Shown here one piece after another: positions 25,207 to 40,600 of a DNA stretch of 64,000 nt (positions are counted from its first letter, which is position 1; each line of letters starts with the position of its first letter). Made by a program: the position numbers and the translations under genes. Location of the stretch: IMG/VR virus record IMGVR_UViG_3300013132_000021. One strand, 5' to 3'. The notes under the pieces are model-generated. The model searched no databases, was not told where the DNA came from, and saw nothing but the letters and a program-made list of their open reading frames with translations. The stretch is from a virus.

Positions 25207-28200
25207 ATGACCACTACAAGTAGACAAAATAATCTAATTCTAAACCAAGACTGGACTAGAATCTATCAGACATTTAGAAACGCTGATTTCAAAAGTTATG
25301 ACTTCGAAAATCTACGCAGGGTTATAATCACTTATCTGCGAGAAAATTATCCAGAAGATTTCAACGACTATATTGAGTCATCTGAATATCTAGCACTAAT
25401 TGATGCCGTGGCATTTTTAGGCCAGAGTCTAGCATTTCGCATTGATTTGGCCAGCAGAGAGAATTTTATCGAACTAGCTGAGACCAAAGAAAGCGTGTTG
25501 CGAATTGCTCGAATGCTTAGTTATAACGCCAAGAGAAACGTTGCTGCTAAAGGACTGTTAAAATTTACTTCGGTGACTACTACAGAAGATATTGTAGACA
25601 GTAACGGACGTAATCTCGCACAACAGATAGTCAGCTGGAATGATCCAACAAACACCAATTGGCTTGAGCAATTTATTTTAGTTTTAAATTCAGCAATGGC
25701 CGACAACACAGAATTTGGTCGCAGCCAGGGTTCAGCGACCATACAAGGTATACCTACAGAACAATATAGATTTAGAACTACCAGCACAGATGTGCCAATC
25801 TATTCTTTCAGCAAGACTGTAGCTGCTAGAGGCATGCTGTTTGAATTAGTTTCCACCGCATTTAAGAACAGTGAAAATATCTATGAAGAACCTCCGGTGC
25901 CTGGCAATCAATTAGGATTTGTATATAGAAATGATGGCACAGGACCTGCTAGTCCCAACACCGGATTTTTCCTGATGTTCAAACAGGGCACACTAGCCCT
26001 AGCTGATTTTGGTATAGGGGTGCCAACTCCTAACGAAAAAATCGCTATCGATACAGCCGACATTAACAACGATGATGTGTGGTTATTTTCATTAAACAGT
26101 GCAGGAGCACAATTAGAGGAGTGGACTAAAGTTAGTACGCTGGTAGGTAACAATATTGCCTATAATAGCGTAGAACAAAACATTAGAAACATATATGCGG
26201 TTAATACTAAAGAAAATGATACCGTTGATCTAGTTTTTGCTGACGGAGTATATGGTAATCTACCACAAGGTTCTTTCAGAGTGTTTTATAGAACTAGTAA
26301 CGGATTATCTTACACCATCAGTCCCAACGAACTTAGAGGAATTAATATTAGTATTAGTTATTTTAATAAATCAGGAGTAGAGCATACCTTAACAGTAGGA
26401 CTGGCTCTTCAGTCTACAGTAGCGAACTCAGCTGCAACTGAAAGTATAGATTCGGTGAGAACCAATGCTCCTGCAGTTTATTACACGCAGAATCGTATGA
26501 TTACTGCCGAAGATTATAATCTTGCACCGTTAAGTAGCAGCCAAAATATAGTCAAGATTAAATCCATTAACAGAACATCTAGCGGTATTAGTAGAAATTT
26601 TGATATCATTGATGCATCTGGAAAATATTCAAGTATCAATGTGTTTTGTGATGATGGATATATCTATAAACAAGAAAGTGAAGAAACTCTTGGATTTAGA
26701 TTCAACAATAGAGTCGATGTAATTAATTTTCTTCGGCAAAATGTAGAACCAAAATTTACAGACGCAGATGTTTATAATTTTTATTTTACAAAATTTGATC
26801 GTATTCTTTTCACAGATAATAACACGGTATGGCAAAGCATTACTTCTACAACCCCTACCGGCTATTTCAAGAATGTGGTGGATAACTCACTGTTAAAAGT
26901 AGGTACGTATTCTACTTCTAGTTTGAAATATCTGCTCAGCGGAGCATTAATTAAATTTACAGCACCTGCCGGACTAGCATTTAAAAAAGGTACATTAGTA
27001 GCTATCAATGCTCAAGATCCAGAGCAACGTGATAGGCTTTGGACTAAAGTAGTGTCTGTGGTAGGCGACGGAACTAATGCTGGTAGAGGTGTGCTGACCA
27101 ACGGACTAGGGGCGGTAACATTTAGTGACGCTGTGCCTACAGGTGCAGTGGCAAATCGCATTGTGCCTCGATTTATTAATGATTTAGATGCTGCGTTAGA
27201 AACAGAAATAGTTAATCAATGCTCTCAGAATTTAAATTTTGGATTGAGATATGAATCGGTTTCGTCGACCTGGAAGATTGTTACCGCTACTAATATTAAC
27301 TTAATCAGCGATTTTAGTCTAGGAAAATCAGGAGACGTAACTAACACAAATGCAGATAGTTCATGGTTAGTAGCCTTTGTTAAAGAAGCCGATAGATATG
27401 TAGTTAGAATAAGACGACTTAGTTATGTTTTTGGCAGCGTTATGCAGAATCGTTTTTATTTTGATACCAACGAAAAACGTTATAATGACCAATTAGGTGC
27501 TGTGGTAAAAGATCAGGTCAAGGTACTTGGGATCAATACCGACAGCGGGTTTATCACAGAATTACGGCAAGACGTGCCCTTTGAAATCAGCGACACTATT
27601 AAATTTGATGATGGATATGAAAGCACTACGGAAATAAAATTAAGTTTTCAAGACAGTGACGACGACGGAGTTATAGATAATCCGGATTCATTTGAACAGA
27701 TAGTTGGCGCAGACACAGCGTTAAATTATTTGTTTTTTAAGGAAACCGTAGATCAATACGGCACAACTGATTATCAGTTAGTGGATAACTCAGATAATCT
27801 AATATTAATTCGAGAAAAAGAATCGGTGATTGATTTCACTGATGCAACAACTTATCCCGACGGGCAATTGATCTATTTTTATACCATCGACGAAGATGTT
27901 GTTAAAACAGTGAACCGAAGCACAAATACATTTGATCTTGATAGATCATACAGAGCTAACATTGGTCGAAGGAATCTAAAATTTCAGTATATCCATAATG
28001 CCAGTGTGGATCGCAGAATAGATCCTAGCTCTAGCAATATCATTGACGTGTTTTTATTGACTAGATCTTATGATGAATCATATAGAATATATCTTGCAGG
28101 CGGTACCGATACCGCACCAGAACCTCCCAGCACAGACAGTTTAAGAACAACGTTTGGAGCTAACCTATCTGCGATTAAATCTATCAGTGACGAAATCATT

Positions 28201-28614
28201 TATCATACAGTAAAATACAAGGTGTTGTTTGGTTCAAAAGCAGATCCTAAATTACAAGCCATATTTAAAGTGGTTAAAAATCCTGGACAATCTATTAATG
28301 ATAACGATCTTAAAGTTCGAGTTATCTCAGCAATAAACACATTCTTCGACATTAGCAATTGGGATTTCGGTGATAGATTTTATATGGGTGAACTTACTAC
28401 CTACATACTAAATTCTACAGCACCCGATATCAGTAACATAGTTATATGTCCAAAACAAAGTGGTCAATCATTCGGAAGCCTGTTTGAGATACAGAGCAGA
28501 TCGGATGAAATCCTAATCAGTGGAGCCACCGTCACAGATGTTGAGATAGTCACAGCTATCACAGCAGCTGAAGTTGGTTCTGCTATAACCAGTGTGGTAT
28601 CTACTACCTATTAA
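25207..28614 (+). CDS. gp6: Baseplate wedge protein gp6-like (1135 aa)
   Basis: DFENLR, DFNDYIESSE, FADGVYGNLP, ESIDSVRTNAP..YYTQNRMITAEDY. Confidence 0.88.
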   Translation: MTTTSRQNNLILNQDWTRIYQTFRNADFKSYDFENLRRVIITYLRENYPEDFNDYIESSEYLALIDAVAFLGQSLAFRIDLASRENFIELAETKESVLRIARMLSYNAKRNVAAKGLLKFTSVTTTEDIVDSNGRNLAQQIVSWNDPTNTNWLEQFILVLNSAMADNTEFGRSQGSATIQGIPTEQYRFRTTSTDVPIYSFSKTVAARGMLFELVSTAFKNSENIYEEPPVPGNQLGFVYRNDGTGPASPNTGFFLMFKQGTLALADFGIGVPTPNEKIAIDTADINNDDVWLFSLNSAGAQLEEWTKVSTLVGNNIAYNSVEQNIRNIYAVNTKENDTVDLVFADGVYGNLPQGSFRVFYRTSNGLSYTISPNELRGINISISYFNKSGVEHTLTVGLALQSTVANSAATESIDSVRTNAPAVYYTQNRMITAEDYNLAPLSSSQNIVKIKSINRTSSGISRNFDIIDASGKYSSINVFCDDGYIYKQESEETLGFRFNNRVDVINFLRQNVEPKFTDADVYNFYFTKFDRILFTDNNTVWQSITSTTPTGYFKNVVDNSLLKVGTYSTSSLKYLLSGALIKFTAPAGLAFKKGTLVAINAQDPEQRDRLWTKVVSVVGDGTNAGRGVLTNGLGAVTFSDAVPTGAVANRIVPRFINDLDAALETEIVNQCSQNLNFGLRYESVSSTWKIVTATNINLISDFSLGKSGDVTNTNADSSWLVAFVKEADRYVVRIRRLSYVFGSVMQNRFYFDTNEKRYNDQLGAVVKDQVKVLGINTDSGFITELRQDVPFEISDTIKFDDGYESTTEIKLSFQDSDDDGVIDNPDSFEQIVGADTALNYLFFKETVDQYGTTDYQLVDNSDNLILIREKESVIDFTDATTYPDGQLIYFYTIDEDVVKTVNRSTNTFDLDRSYRANIGRRNLKFQYIHNASVDRRIDPSSSNIIDVFLLTRSYDESYRIYLAGGTDTAPEPPSTDSLRTTFGANLSAIKSISDEIIYHTVKYKVLFGSKADPKLQAIFKVVKNPGQSINDNDLKVRVISAINTFFDISNWDFGDRFYMGELTTYILNSTAPDISNIVICPKQSGQSFGSLFEIQSRSDEILISGATVTDVEIVTAITAAEVGSAITSVVSTTY

Positions 28615-28615
28615 C

Positions 28616-31600
28616 ATGTCAGATAAATTTTTCCCTTTCAGTAAACTACCTATAAGAAAATCAGTAGAACTTCTACCGAAAGTTTTTCAGACAGAAGCTA
28701 ACGATAAATTTCTTGCAGGCGTAGTAGATCCTTTAGTACAACCAGGATTATTGGATAAAATTACAGGATATGTTGGTCGAAGGTTTGGCAAAACTTATAA
28801 TGGTAACGATCTATATCTAGATACAGATGCTACATTAAGAAGTGCTTATCAGTTAGAACCCGGAGTGATATATCGAAATCAGGATAAGATTGAAAATTTC
28901 TATGATTACATTGATTTTAAAAATCAATTAAAATTCTTTGGTAACACAGATGAACGTGACGACAAACTTACTAGCCAGGAGCACTATGCCTGGAATCCGC
29001 CTATTGCCTGGGACAAGTTCATCAATTATCGCGAATATTATTGGGTGCCCAGCGGTCCGCCTAGTGTCTCAATATATGGACAAAGCGCCACAGTCAACAG
29101 TACATATAAAGTAGTATTGAGTACAACTGCAAACAGTTTTGTGTTTACTCCAGATGCCTATACCAATAATCCTACTCTAACATTATATCGAGGACAGACA
29201 TATAAATTTAAAGTTAATGCTCCTGGTGAAGGATTTAGTATTCGTACGAATTATGATACAGGAAGTTTGATATTCAAACCTAATCATCCATATCTTGCAG
29301 GCAATCTAGCAGTATATGATTCTAAACTATATAGAGCACGCCGAGACATAAATCCCGCAGACGGTAGTTCTATCACATTAGATAGTGAAGATTGGGAATA
29401 TCTCGAACCAGCCGCATCCGGTTCCGCCTTAGAATACAAAAAAGGTGTAATCAACAACGGCACTGAAAATGGCACAGTGACTTTTACTGTTCCGTACGAT
29501 GCTCCTGATACATTATATTATCAGGGATTAATTACTCCTGATACCTTTGGTAGATTTGTTATAGCTGATATTGAATCTAATACATATCTCAATGTAGATA
29601 AAGACATGGTTGGCAAGAGTGAATATACTAGCAGTACTGGCATTACACTAAGCAATGGAATGGTTGTCAAATTTCAAGGTACCGTTATCCCAGAAAAATA
29701 TAGTCAGGAAACATGGGTGGTTGAAGGAGTTGGAAAAGCTATAACATTGACAAAATTCTCTGACCTTATAGTTCCAGTATTAACAGCCACAGTACCTGAA
29801 GTATTATTTGATAACGCAGGCTTTGACACAGAACCCTTTGATGATGCCACCGCATATCCTACCTTTAAAGATTACATCACTATAGCTAGAGACAGTATTG
29901 ATTCTAATCCTTGGTCAAGGTATAATCGTTGGTTCCATAGAAGTGTATTAGAAACAGCTTATACTCTGCGAGGCGAAGATTTTCCTGCAGAAGAATCTAC
30001 TAGAGCTAAACGACCTATTATAGAATTTTCAGCTAATCTGCAGTTATTCAATCACGGATCGGCAGCTAAACAAACTGTAGATTATCTTGATGATTATACC
30101 ACTGATGTATTATCTCGCATTGAAGGCAGCACAGGTTACAACGTCGATGGAGAGTTTTTGTTTGAAGGTGCTAGGATATTGGTTATTGCTGATACTGATA
30201 GATTAACCAACAACAAAATATATGAAGTAAAATTTATTCGACACATAAACACTACTCAGATACATCTAGTAGAAACAGAAGATAGTGATAGTATATTAGG
30301 GCAAGGGGTGTTAGTACGCCGAGGTTCTAAAAACGGTGGAAAGATGTTTCATTATAACGGAACTAATTGGATACCAAGTCAAGCAAAAACTTCAGTGAAT
30401 CAGGCTCCGCGGTTCGACGTATTTGATTCGGCAGGTGTAAGTTTTAGCGATATTGAAAAATACACCACTAGCACATTTACCGGCACAAAAATTATAAGCT
30501 ATAAGCTAGGGTCGGGAAGAATAGACACTGAATTGGGTTTTAGTTTAAGTTATTTGAACATTAACAATGTTGGTGATATAGAATTTAATTTCGACTGGGA
30601 TTCGGATATCGCAGAATACACAGAAATACGAACACCTAAACGTGTTAAAATATCTACCGGATACTATAAATTTAATCCCGACGAAGTCTATGCTAATAAT
30701 TGGTTACTAGCTGGTTCAGAATTTATGCAACCTATAGTAGATAGTCAATTAGTAATCAGAGATACAAATACGTTGACCTTTGATACGATAGACTGGTCTG
30801 CGTTGAAGACAGACCCAATAATCAACATTTACATAAACGGCACAAAGTATGCAGGAATGTACACTAGGACGGAGAACATATTTGAGTTTCCCCTCACCCT
30901 GTCTGCCAAAGACGCTGTAGTTCTGAAAGTTATTACAGATCTTGATCCTGATCAAGGTTACTATGAAATACCAGCAGGTCTAGAAAAGAATCCATTTAAT
31001 ACAGCACTGACATCTTTCACATTAGGCCAGGCTGTGGACCATATTGTTTCAGCTGTAGAATTTGATTCTGAGGTTACAGGTAATATACCGGGAGTCAGCA
31101 ATCTAAGAGACAGCGACGGATATCAAAAACACGCCAAACGTTTTCTGAAGCATTCTGGTATAGCACCACTGGCTATTATGACTCTGTGTGATAAAACACA
31201 CAATGTTATCAAATCAATACAATATGTTAAAAAAGCCTACACAGATTTTAAAAATAATTTTGCTGCCAGGGCAGTAGAAATTGACTATAATAATAGTGTA
31301 CCAGATTTTGTTGATGATGTTATTAACAGTCTAGCAAAAAATAAAACTGCGGTGAGTCCGTTTGCAGACAGCGACATGTTAGGAGCAGGCGCTTATACTG
31401 CTATAACATACACTGTAGAAGATGTTGGAATAAAAACATTTTCACTCACCGAAAAATTTGATCTCACTAGTCTCAGCAAACGTGCTGTTTATGTGTATCT
31501 AAACGGCATTCAACTTTTAAATGCAAGAGACTACTCATTTAATTCAACCTTTGGTTTTGTACAATTGAGTGTGCCTCTTGAAGAAAATGATCTGGTCGAA

Positions 31601-34600
31601 ATACGTGAATATGTTTCTACAGCTACTAGTCACATTCCGCCAACTCCTACCAGCATGGGACTGTATAAAAAATACACTCCTATGCGTTTCATAGACGATA
31701 CCTATCAAGAGCCTCGTGAAGTCATACAAGGCCACGACGGTAGTATCACAGCGGCGTATGGCGATTTCAGAGATGACTTATTACTAGAACTTGAGTATCG
31801 TATCTACAACAATATCAAGCAGGAATATGATTCTTCTATCTTTGATATTGATTCTATTTTAGGAGGGTATTACGGTGTTGGTCTTTATACCAAACCTCAA
31901 TTAGATAATATTGTTAATCAAGAGTTTTTAAAATGGATACAAAACACTAACATAAATTATACTTTAAACACGTATTTTGACAGTGAGAATAGTTTTACCT
32001 ATACCTATTCTCGAATGTCAGATCCTTTAAAAACGCAGACATTGCCCGGATATTGGAGAGGAGTTTATAAATGGTTTTATGACACAGATCGTCCACATCG
32101 TTGCCCATGGGAAATGTTAGGATTTTCGCAAGAACCTACCTGGTGGCAATCACAGTATGGTGCCGCACCATATACACGCAACAATTTATTGCTCTGGGAA
32201 GATCTGGAGAATGGACACATTAGGCAAGGTAACAGAGCTGGTCGTCATGATAGATATAAGCGTCCGGGACTGTTGAATCATATTCCTGTAGACGGCGATG
32301 GGGTATTATTAAGTCCGCTAGATAGTGGTCTCGCCCAGGATTTTTCGCTTATCAACAATCGAGGCCCGTTTGTACTAGGAGATATCGGCCCAGCAGAACA
32401 TGCTTGGAGATCCAGTTCAGAATGGCCGTTTGCAGTCGTAATGGCCATGTGTTTAATGAAACCTTTTGAATTCATTACAGATAACTTTGATCGTTCTAGA
32501 ACTACCACTAATGTATTAGGCCAGACAGTTAACGCTGCAACTTCTTTGTTCAGCACATTAGGCGAAATTGCACCAACAACATTGTCAGATTCGTATATAG
32601 GTCTGTTAAAATATATAGTGGCCTATGTGAAATCGAGAGGTATCTCACAGGACAGCATTGTAGAAAAAATTAACAATCTTGATGTTTCTTTGAGTTTTAG
32701 AATGAGTGGATTTGTTGATCAACAACAACAGAGATTTTTGTTAGATTCTAAAAATCCATCTGCCACTACCAGCAGTATATACGTACCTGCAGAAAATTAT
32801 GATATTATTTTTAATGTTGGTGCTCCTGTGGCTACTGTGGCTATTAGTGGGGTCATATTTGAAAAAACTCAAGGAGGTTGGATAGCCACAGGCTATGACG
32901 ACATACATCCTTATTTTGAATATCATCAGGCTTTACCAAGTCAGAGAGATCCGGTAATATCTATAGGCGGAGTTAGCGAAACATTTTTAGACTGGACCTT
33001 AGATAAAAATTACAATAACGGTACATTGGTAAGATATTCTAATGATTTTTATAGGGCGTTACGAACACACAATAGCGGAAATACATTTGATAAGTCAGTG
33101 TGGCAAAAACTCAGCGACATTCCTAAGATAGGAGCAGTCGAAGCACAACGTCGCCGTACATTTAACACACTGGCAGTAAAACGTGTTAGTTATGGCACAC
33201 TGTTCACTACCGTTCAACAGGTAGTAGATTTTCTATTAGGATATGAAAGTTATTTAAAAAGTCTGGGATTTATATTTGATAGATACGATCCAGTAAATCA
33301 GGTCAGTCAGAACTGGCTCAGCAGCGCCAAAGAATTTATGTTTTGGACCAAACACAACTGGGAACTAGGGTCGTTAATAGCTATTAGTCCTATGGCTGAA
33401 AAAGTGGATGTTGAGGTACCTGTAGGAGTGGCCGATAACATACTTGATGGGTTTTATGATTACCAGGTACTGAAAGGTGACGGCAAACCTCTAGAGCCAA
33501 GATTTATAAATGTAAATCGCAGCTTTCAAAAAATTACGGTAGAAACCACTAACACCGATGAAGGTGTATTTTTCTTAAAATTAAACTATGTGCTCAAAGA
33601 ACATGTTACAGTATTTGACGATCGTACAGTATTCAATGATATCATTTATGATAAGACCACTGGCTATCGTCAAGGAAGAATTAAAGTGCAGGGGTTTCGC
33701 ACAGTAGATTGGGACGGAGATTACACAAGCCCGGGATTCTTATTTGATAATGTTAACATACAAACCTGGCAGCCATTCCAAGATTACAGGCTAGGCGATA
33801 TAGTATCTTATAAAAGTTTTAATTGGACTAGTTTGAGAAATCAACTTGGTTCTGAAACCTTTAATGATTCTGTTTGGAACAAATTAGATAGCACACCTCA
33901 AAAACAGCTGATTCCTAACTTCGACTACAAGATCAAACAATTTAGCGATTATTTTGAAACATCGTCAGAAGGCACAAACCAGAGTCAACGGGCATTGGCC
34001 AGACACACAATAGGATATCAGCAGAGAGATTATTTGAATAATCTAGCTGAAGATCCAGTGAGTCAATTTCAGTTGTATCAAGGATTTATACGTGAAAAGG
34101 GATCAGCTAACGCTATTACAAAAATATTTGGTAAACTTAGTCGATCGGGATCTGATAGTGTAACTTTGAATGAAGAGTGGGCGTTTTTGTTAAGCAGAAT
34201 AGGAGGCACTGACCAACTCACAGAAATAGAAATACAGATAGAAAAAAATAAAATAAAATTTAATTCTCAGGTATTAACTATAGAGTCTGGAGTTCGTGGT
34301 GTTGTTCAAGATCTCAATTATAAAATTAATATCAACGACTTTACAGTACCACCGATACCGTATGTAACAAATATTAATCCAACTTCTTTAGAAATAGATC
34401 CAAGTTTTACCGCAGGATATGTGTACGAGAATCAATATGAACACGTGGTAGCCACACAGACAGCATTAACTACACTAGATATCTCCACAGTCAAAGAAAA
34501 TGATCATATATGGATAACGTTTTATAGAGATTCCTGGACAGTGCTTAGAGCTAACCAAGCTGAAATGCTATCTGTGATTACTGTTGAAAAGTTCGACGAT

Positions 34601-37600
34601 ACAACGGTCACTATTACTTTTAATCGACCACATGTATTCTTAGTCGATACATATGTGGGATTTAGAAACATAGTTAATCTTCAGGGATTTTTTAAAATAA
34701 TAACAGTGACTAATACCACAGTTAGTATTGAAATTGATGCTGACAATGAAGATCCAGAAATAGATTCTAGTACTATAGTAAATCCTACGATACTTACTGA
34801 AAGTAGATTTGATAATTATCAGATTATAGATAGAGGAACATCTGCGCTATTATATAACGGTGCTAGATTGTTTATAGATAACAACGGTAATGACCTATGG
34901 GAAGTCATAGAAAAGCAAAAACAATACACCGCTAATTCTATCACTGATTACGCTACAACCAGTCCTATCAATGCCGGTAAGAAAGTAATATATGACACAG
35001 TAAACTCTCAGCTACTGGTTAGCATACCTGGGTCTGGCATAGTAAACGTTTACGCAGAAAGTTCTACAGGACTAGTACTAAAACAAATCATTTCTCCCCC
35101 CAATGGATTTTTCGCCAATGCATTAGGATCTTTCGGTAATGCGATGGCACTAAGTCCTGATGGTAAGGTGCTGATAGTTGGTGCAGCCGAAGCCAGCGGT
35201 GTAGCTAGTGCATTCCGAGGTCCGTGGGCTACAGATCAGTTTTATCAACAAGATGAGATAGTATTATATGGCGGCAGACTGTTCAAGGCTAAAAACGCCA
35301 ACACAGTAGTAGGCGATGGCAGCAGCGAACTAGCAGTAAACACAGATGATTGGGAATTAGCCACAATTATACCTGCGCTAGAATCTGGAGTCAACACAGG
35401 TTTATATCAACAAGGTATGGTAGCAGTGTATACCTACGCTAACGGAAGATTTTCGAACACCGCAGCTTTTGTTAGTCCAAGACCTGCTGACAATGAAAAA
35501 TTTGGCAGCGAAATAACTTTATCTGTCAGCGGCAGCTCTTATTATATGGCAGTATCTGCTACAGGTTCCTATAATAATACTGGCCGAGTGTATCTGTTTA
35601 AACTCAACGGAACAGCATGGAGTCATTTAGAAAATCCCATGTACAAAGGCGTTTACGATTTACAAGAATCTTACAAAGCGGGAGAAATCGTATGGCAGGC
35701 CGCCCAGGATCCCGTAGCAGAAGCCGTGAGAGGGAACCTATGGATGAATCTAGAAGATTCTACCTCAGACGGCAGCACAATTACTATAGAATCTCAAGGT
35801 TGGCTGAAAGTCAGCGACATCAGCACCAATTGTTCTCTGCCAACCACATTATCTGTGGAGGATGATGGATCGACCTTAGAATTTGCAGTAACAGGTCTAT
35901 TGAATGAAACACAAATGGCAGAATTAGTCAAACAGGGTGATAAGTTTGGATCTAGTATGGCCATGAACGGAGACGGCAGTATATTAGTAATAGGTGCTCC
36001 TGATGCAGATGGACAATATTTTGCAAACTATCGAGGACTATGGAGAGGCGATGTAGAGTATGTAGAAGGGGAAGTTGTGAGATTCAAAGATCTTACAGCA
36101 CCAGGAGATTCTTATCAATATTATCGATTGGGCGATGCATTCCTTGGAGCAGACTCTACCTATAGAAGCTATAATGAAGATCCATCAGACAGTGCCAACT
36201 GGCAGGTAGTGGGAGACAGCACCACACAGTCTAGCGGTAAGGTTTGGGTCTATGCTCGCACAGCAGGCGATGTCTATGAACTAAAACAAATGATCAATGC
36301 AGCATCGATCAGCTCATTTTCAGATATAGATTCTGGATTAGTTATTAGCACAGGTGACCAGTTCGGATTTGCAATGGACATGGATCTTACTGGTAATACC
36401 TTGGTTGTTTCTAGTCCTAGATCAGATATTAATTATCAGGATCAAGGCAGTGTATATGTGCTAGAATTAGACAGTAACATCACTGAATACAGGGTGAAAC
36501 AGCGCCTAGAAAGTTTCGAAACATACCCTAATGAGTATTTTGGATACGGAGTCTCGGTAAGTCCGGACTCAGCAAAAATTGCTGTAGGCGCAAGAAACGC
36601 CTCTAACGATATTGCTATTACATTCGATATTCTTCTCGGTACAATTTTTGATCTCGGAACGACTAGATTCAGCTCAGCGCAGGGTTATACTGGCGGAGTT
36701 TACATATTTGATAAAAAAGACCAGATATTCTTTCTCACCGAAAAACTGCAGGAAGTCTTTTCACCAGACGAAGCTTTCGGTTCTAGTGTAGACTGTGTAG
36801 GATCTTATGTGGCAGTGGGATCTCCGTACTATAGAGCTCCTGTGCTCGACTCAGAAGGAGAGCTAACCTACGAAGGTTCTTACATAGGAAATGCTAGATT
36901 GTTTAAGAAAGATTCTACACTGTCTTCTTGGAATATTTTAAACACACAGCAGCCTGTGGTAGATACACGGAAAATTCGGAGTATAGAATTTTATGACAAT
37001 GTGCAGAATATCAAAATACAAGACCTTGATTTTATAGATTCTGCCAAAGGTAAAATATTAAACTCTGCCGAACAAGAAATTAAATTTAAGACACCCTATG
37101 ATCCTGCAGTGTATACTATAGGAACTGATCAGGTAGTTACGGATCCTGCCATAGCCTGGTACGAATCTAATGTTGGAAAATTATGGTGGAATATAGCTGC
37201 TGCAAAATGGATCTACGCCGAACAGGGCGATACTGCTTTTAGAACAGGTAATTGGAATCAATTAGCCAAGGGCAGCGATATTGCCGTGTATGAATGGATA
37301 CAAAGTGTGTTGTTGCCTAATGAATGGGCAGCAGTAGCAGACACCAACGAAGGACTGGCACAAGGAATCAGCGGACAACCTCTTTATCCCAACAACGATG
37401 TATATAGTGTAAAACAGAGTTTGAATCCAACTACTGGACAGGTACAAGAAACTTTGTATTTTTATTGGGTAGAAAATAAAACAGTGGTGCCTGCGAATAT
37501 GGCAGATAGAACGAAATCGGCATCAGAAGTTGCAAGTATTATTGCAAATCCTGTGGGCACAGGCACCTCGTTCATAGCACTAATAGCCTCTGATAAATTT

Positions 37601-40600
37601 GTTTTGTATAATGCAAAATCAGTTATGTCATCAGATACTGCGTTGATCAATATCAAATATAGAAATGATTTAGAATCACTTAGACCTATACACAGTGAAT
37701 ATCAGCTATTGACAGAATCTGTTGCAGACAGTGTGCCAACTTTACAACTAGAAAATAAATGGATCGATAGCCTGGTAGGAACTGATACACAGGGAAACAG
37801 AGTACCAGACACAGCGTTGCCTACTAAACAAAAATATGGCATAAATTTTAGACCGCGTCAAAGCATGTTTGTCGACAGACTAACAGCATTAGAGTTGGCA
37901 ATAATCAACATCAACGAAGTATTGACCAATCAACCGTTCGCTGACCTTATAGACTTCACAAATCTAAACGCCAAAGATCCTGCACCAGCCGAAATATTAA
38001 ATCTATATGATGTGACAGTTAATACCGAGATTGATCTACAGACTGTAGGCACAGTAAGAACTAAACAAGCGGTACTTCGGGCAAATCTTGTTGATGGTGA
38101 ATTAGATACTGTTGACATAGTCAATTCTGGATTCGGATATAGAGTAGTGCCACCAGTAGAGGTAGAAGGTGATGGCCAGGGAGCTAAAATAGCAGTAACG
38201 CTAGATAACCAAGGAAGAATAGCTACTGTTACCGTGTTAGACAGAGGTAAACGGTATCGGACACTGCTGGCCAAGGTACGGAATTTTTCAGTGCTGGTGT
38301 TGAATGATTCTACTATAGATAATTTTTGGAGCGTCTATGCCTGGGATGATGTGAGAAAGGTGTTTTTCCGCAGTCAATCCCAAGCCTACGATACTACCAA
38401 ATATTGGAATACTGTGGATTGGTATCTTTCGGGATATAATCAAGATTCACCTATCACAAGAGAAATTTTAAGTGTGTTTCAAGAACCACAATATCAAATT
38501 TCACCAGGAGAACTAATTAGAGTCAAAGAATACGGAGCCGGGGGTTGGGCGATATTTGAAAAAATCAACAACACAGGTACAACTTTTTCAGATAGATTTA
38601 AATTAGTGGCTAGACAGGACGGAACTTTGCAATTGAAATCTTCTCTATTCGATACCACGGTAGCAGGTATAGGATTTGATAACACACAGAGTTTTGACAA
38701 CACTACCTATGATATTTCAAATGCAATAGAATTAAGAAATATTTTACAGGCTGTAAAAAAAGATATTTTTGTTGCAGATTATGCTACAGAATGGAATAAA
38801 TTATTTTTCTCTAGCATAAGATATGCTTTGTCAGAACAACAATATGTTGATTGGGTGTTTAAAACCAGTTTCTTAAACGCTACACACTCCGTAGGCAGTT
38901 TTGAACAAAAGCTAAATTATAAAAATGATAATCTTGAAAGTTATCAACAATATATAGATGAAGTTAAACCTTTTAGAACTACAGTAAGAGAGTATGTGAG
39001 TCGTTACAATACTCCCGAGCCTTATCAATCAGCTATCGCAGATTTCGACCTTGCTCCTAATTTTTCAGTTGTAGATGGTAAAGTAGTTCCTATAACCTTT
39101 GATCGTGCAGAATTAACACAGTTCCCTTGGAAATGGTGGGCAGACAATAACGGTTACTCGGTCACGGAAATTTTATTATATGATTACGGCACACTATATA
39201 CCACTGTGCCTAGGGTGGTTATAGAAGGTAACGGATCAGGAGCCACAGCACAGGCCTATATATCCAACGGTCGTGTATCTGGTATTAAAATGTTGACCTT
39301 AGGCAGTGGCTACACACAAAAGCCTACAGTGACCTTGGTAGGAGGAAATTCCAACGACGGAACACAGGCTCGAGCCACAGCGGTGTTAGGCAATACTAAG
39401 ATTAGAACTTTTAATCTCACAGTGAAATTTGATCGTGTTAGCAAAACAGGTGATTATCAGTCATATACGCAGAATCAAACATTTACGGCCACAGGCAGCA
39501 CAGCAGTGTTTGAACTGGGATACGCTCCTACTAGAGATAAAACCAAAATATCAATATTTCGAAATAATCAATTAGTCTTAAACAGCGAATACACTATTAG
39601 CTTATATTATTTGGCCACTGATAATTATTCTTTGTTGAGAGGAAAAATTACATTCAATACAGCTCCAGTTAGCGGCGATGTGATCACTGTAAACTATGAA
39701 AAAAATATCGAATTATTATCTGCTGTAAACAGAATAGATAGATTCTACACTCCTGTTTCCGGTATGGTGGGTAAAGAACTTAACCAACTTATGACCGGAA
39801 TAGATTTTGGAGGCGTACAGATACAGGGTACGACGTTCGAAGTCACAGGCGGCTGGGATGCATTGCCATGGTTCACGGACAACTGGGACAGCGTAGAATC
39901 TGCCAGCGACTTTTACATAGTTCATGACGGCAGCACAAACACAGTGACCTTACCATATATTCCAGCGGCCGGACAAGAAATCAATATCTACATCAAACGT
40001 GCGGGAGAAACACGAGTAGTAAGAATAGACGATCCGGCATATAATGATCAGATAGATTCGTCTACTAGTGCAAATCCTAATGCAGAAATGCCTACTTTTA
40101 TAGGCGATGGCGTTAACAATGTTGTAGAAATTGGAGATTATCTATCAACACAAAGTGGGGATACATTAATTTTCCGTCCTGTAGAAAGCGATGGATCAGT
40201 AACAATCACCGACGATAATTTGCTAGATACCAAACTCAGTGGAGGCACATTATCGGCCATAGATAATATATATGTCACAGCCAGAGGAACCACAGCAGAA
40301 GAAATAGCTATAACCGGTGGTAAGTTTATTGAACCCGATCACGTGCCTGCTCCAGAAGAAAATCTTCCTGGACAGGTTATGGACAGTGTGTCTATCAGAG
40401 TGTTTCAATCGACTCCAACGGGATCAGCGGCACTGCAATCTAAAATTGTCAAAGGTAACGGAATCGATACCGATTTTGATATCGGACAACCTATTGTTGA
40501 AAACAACTCAGTGATTGTGTATGTAAATAAAGTTAAAAAATACCTAGGTGTAGACTATACTTTAGATCTAGTACAGAATAGAGTAGAATTTAATACAGTA

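Noticed and set aside
28592-28615. ORF-track GTG start at 28592 for the giant protein
   Set aside because: Overlaps the gp6 3' end; ATG at 28616 right after the gp6 stop fits the coupling seen across the operon
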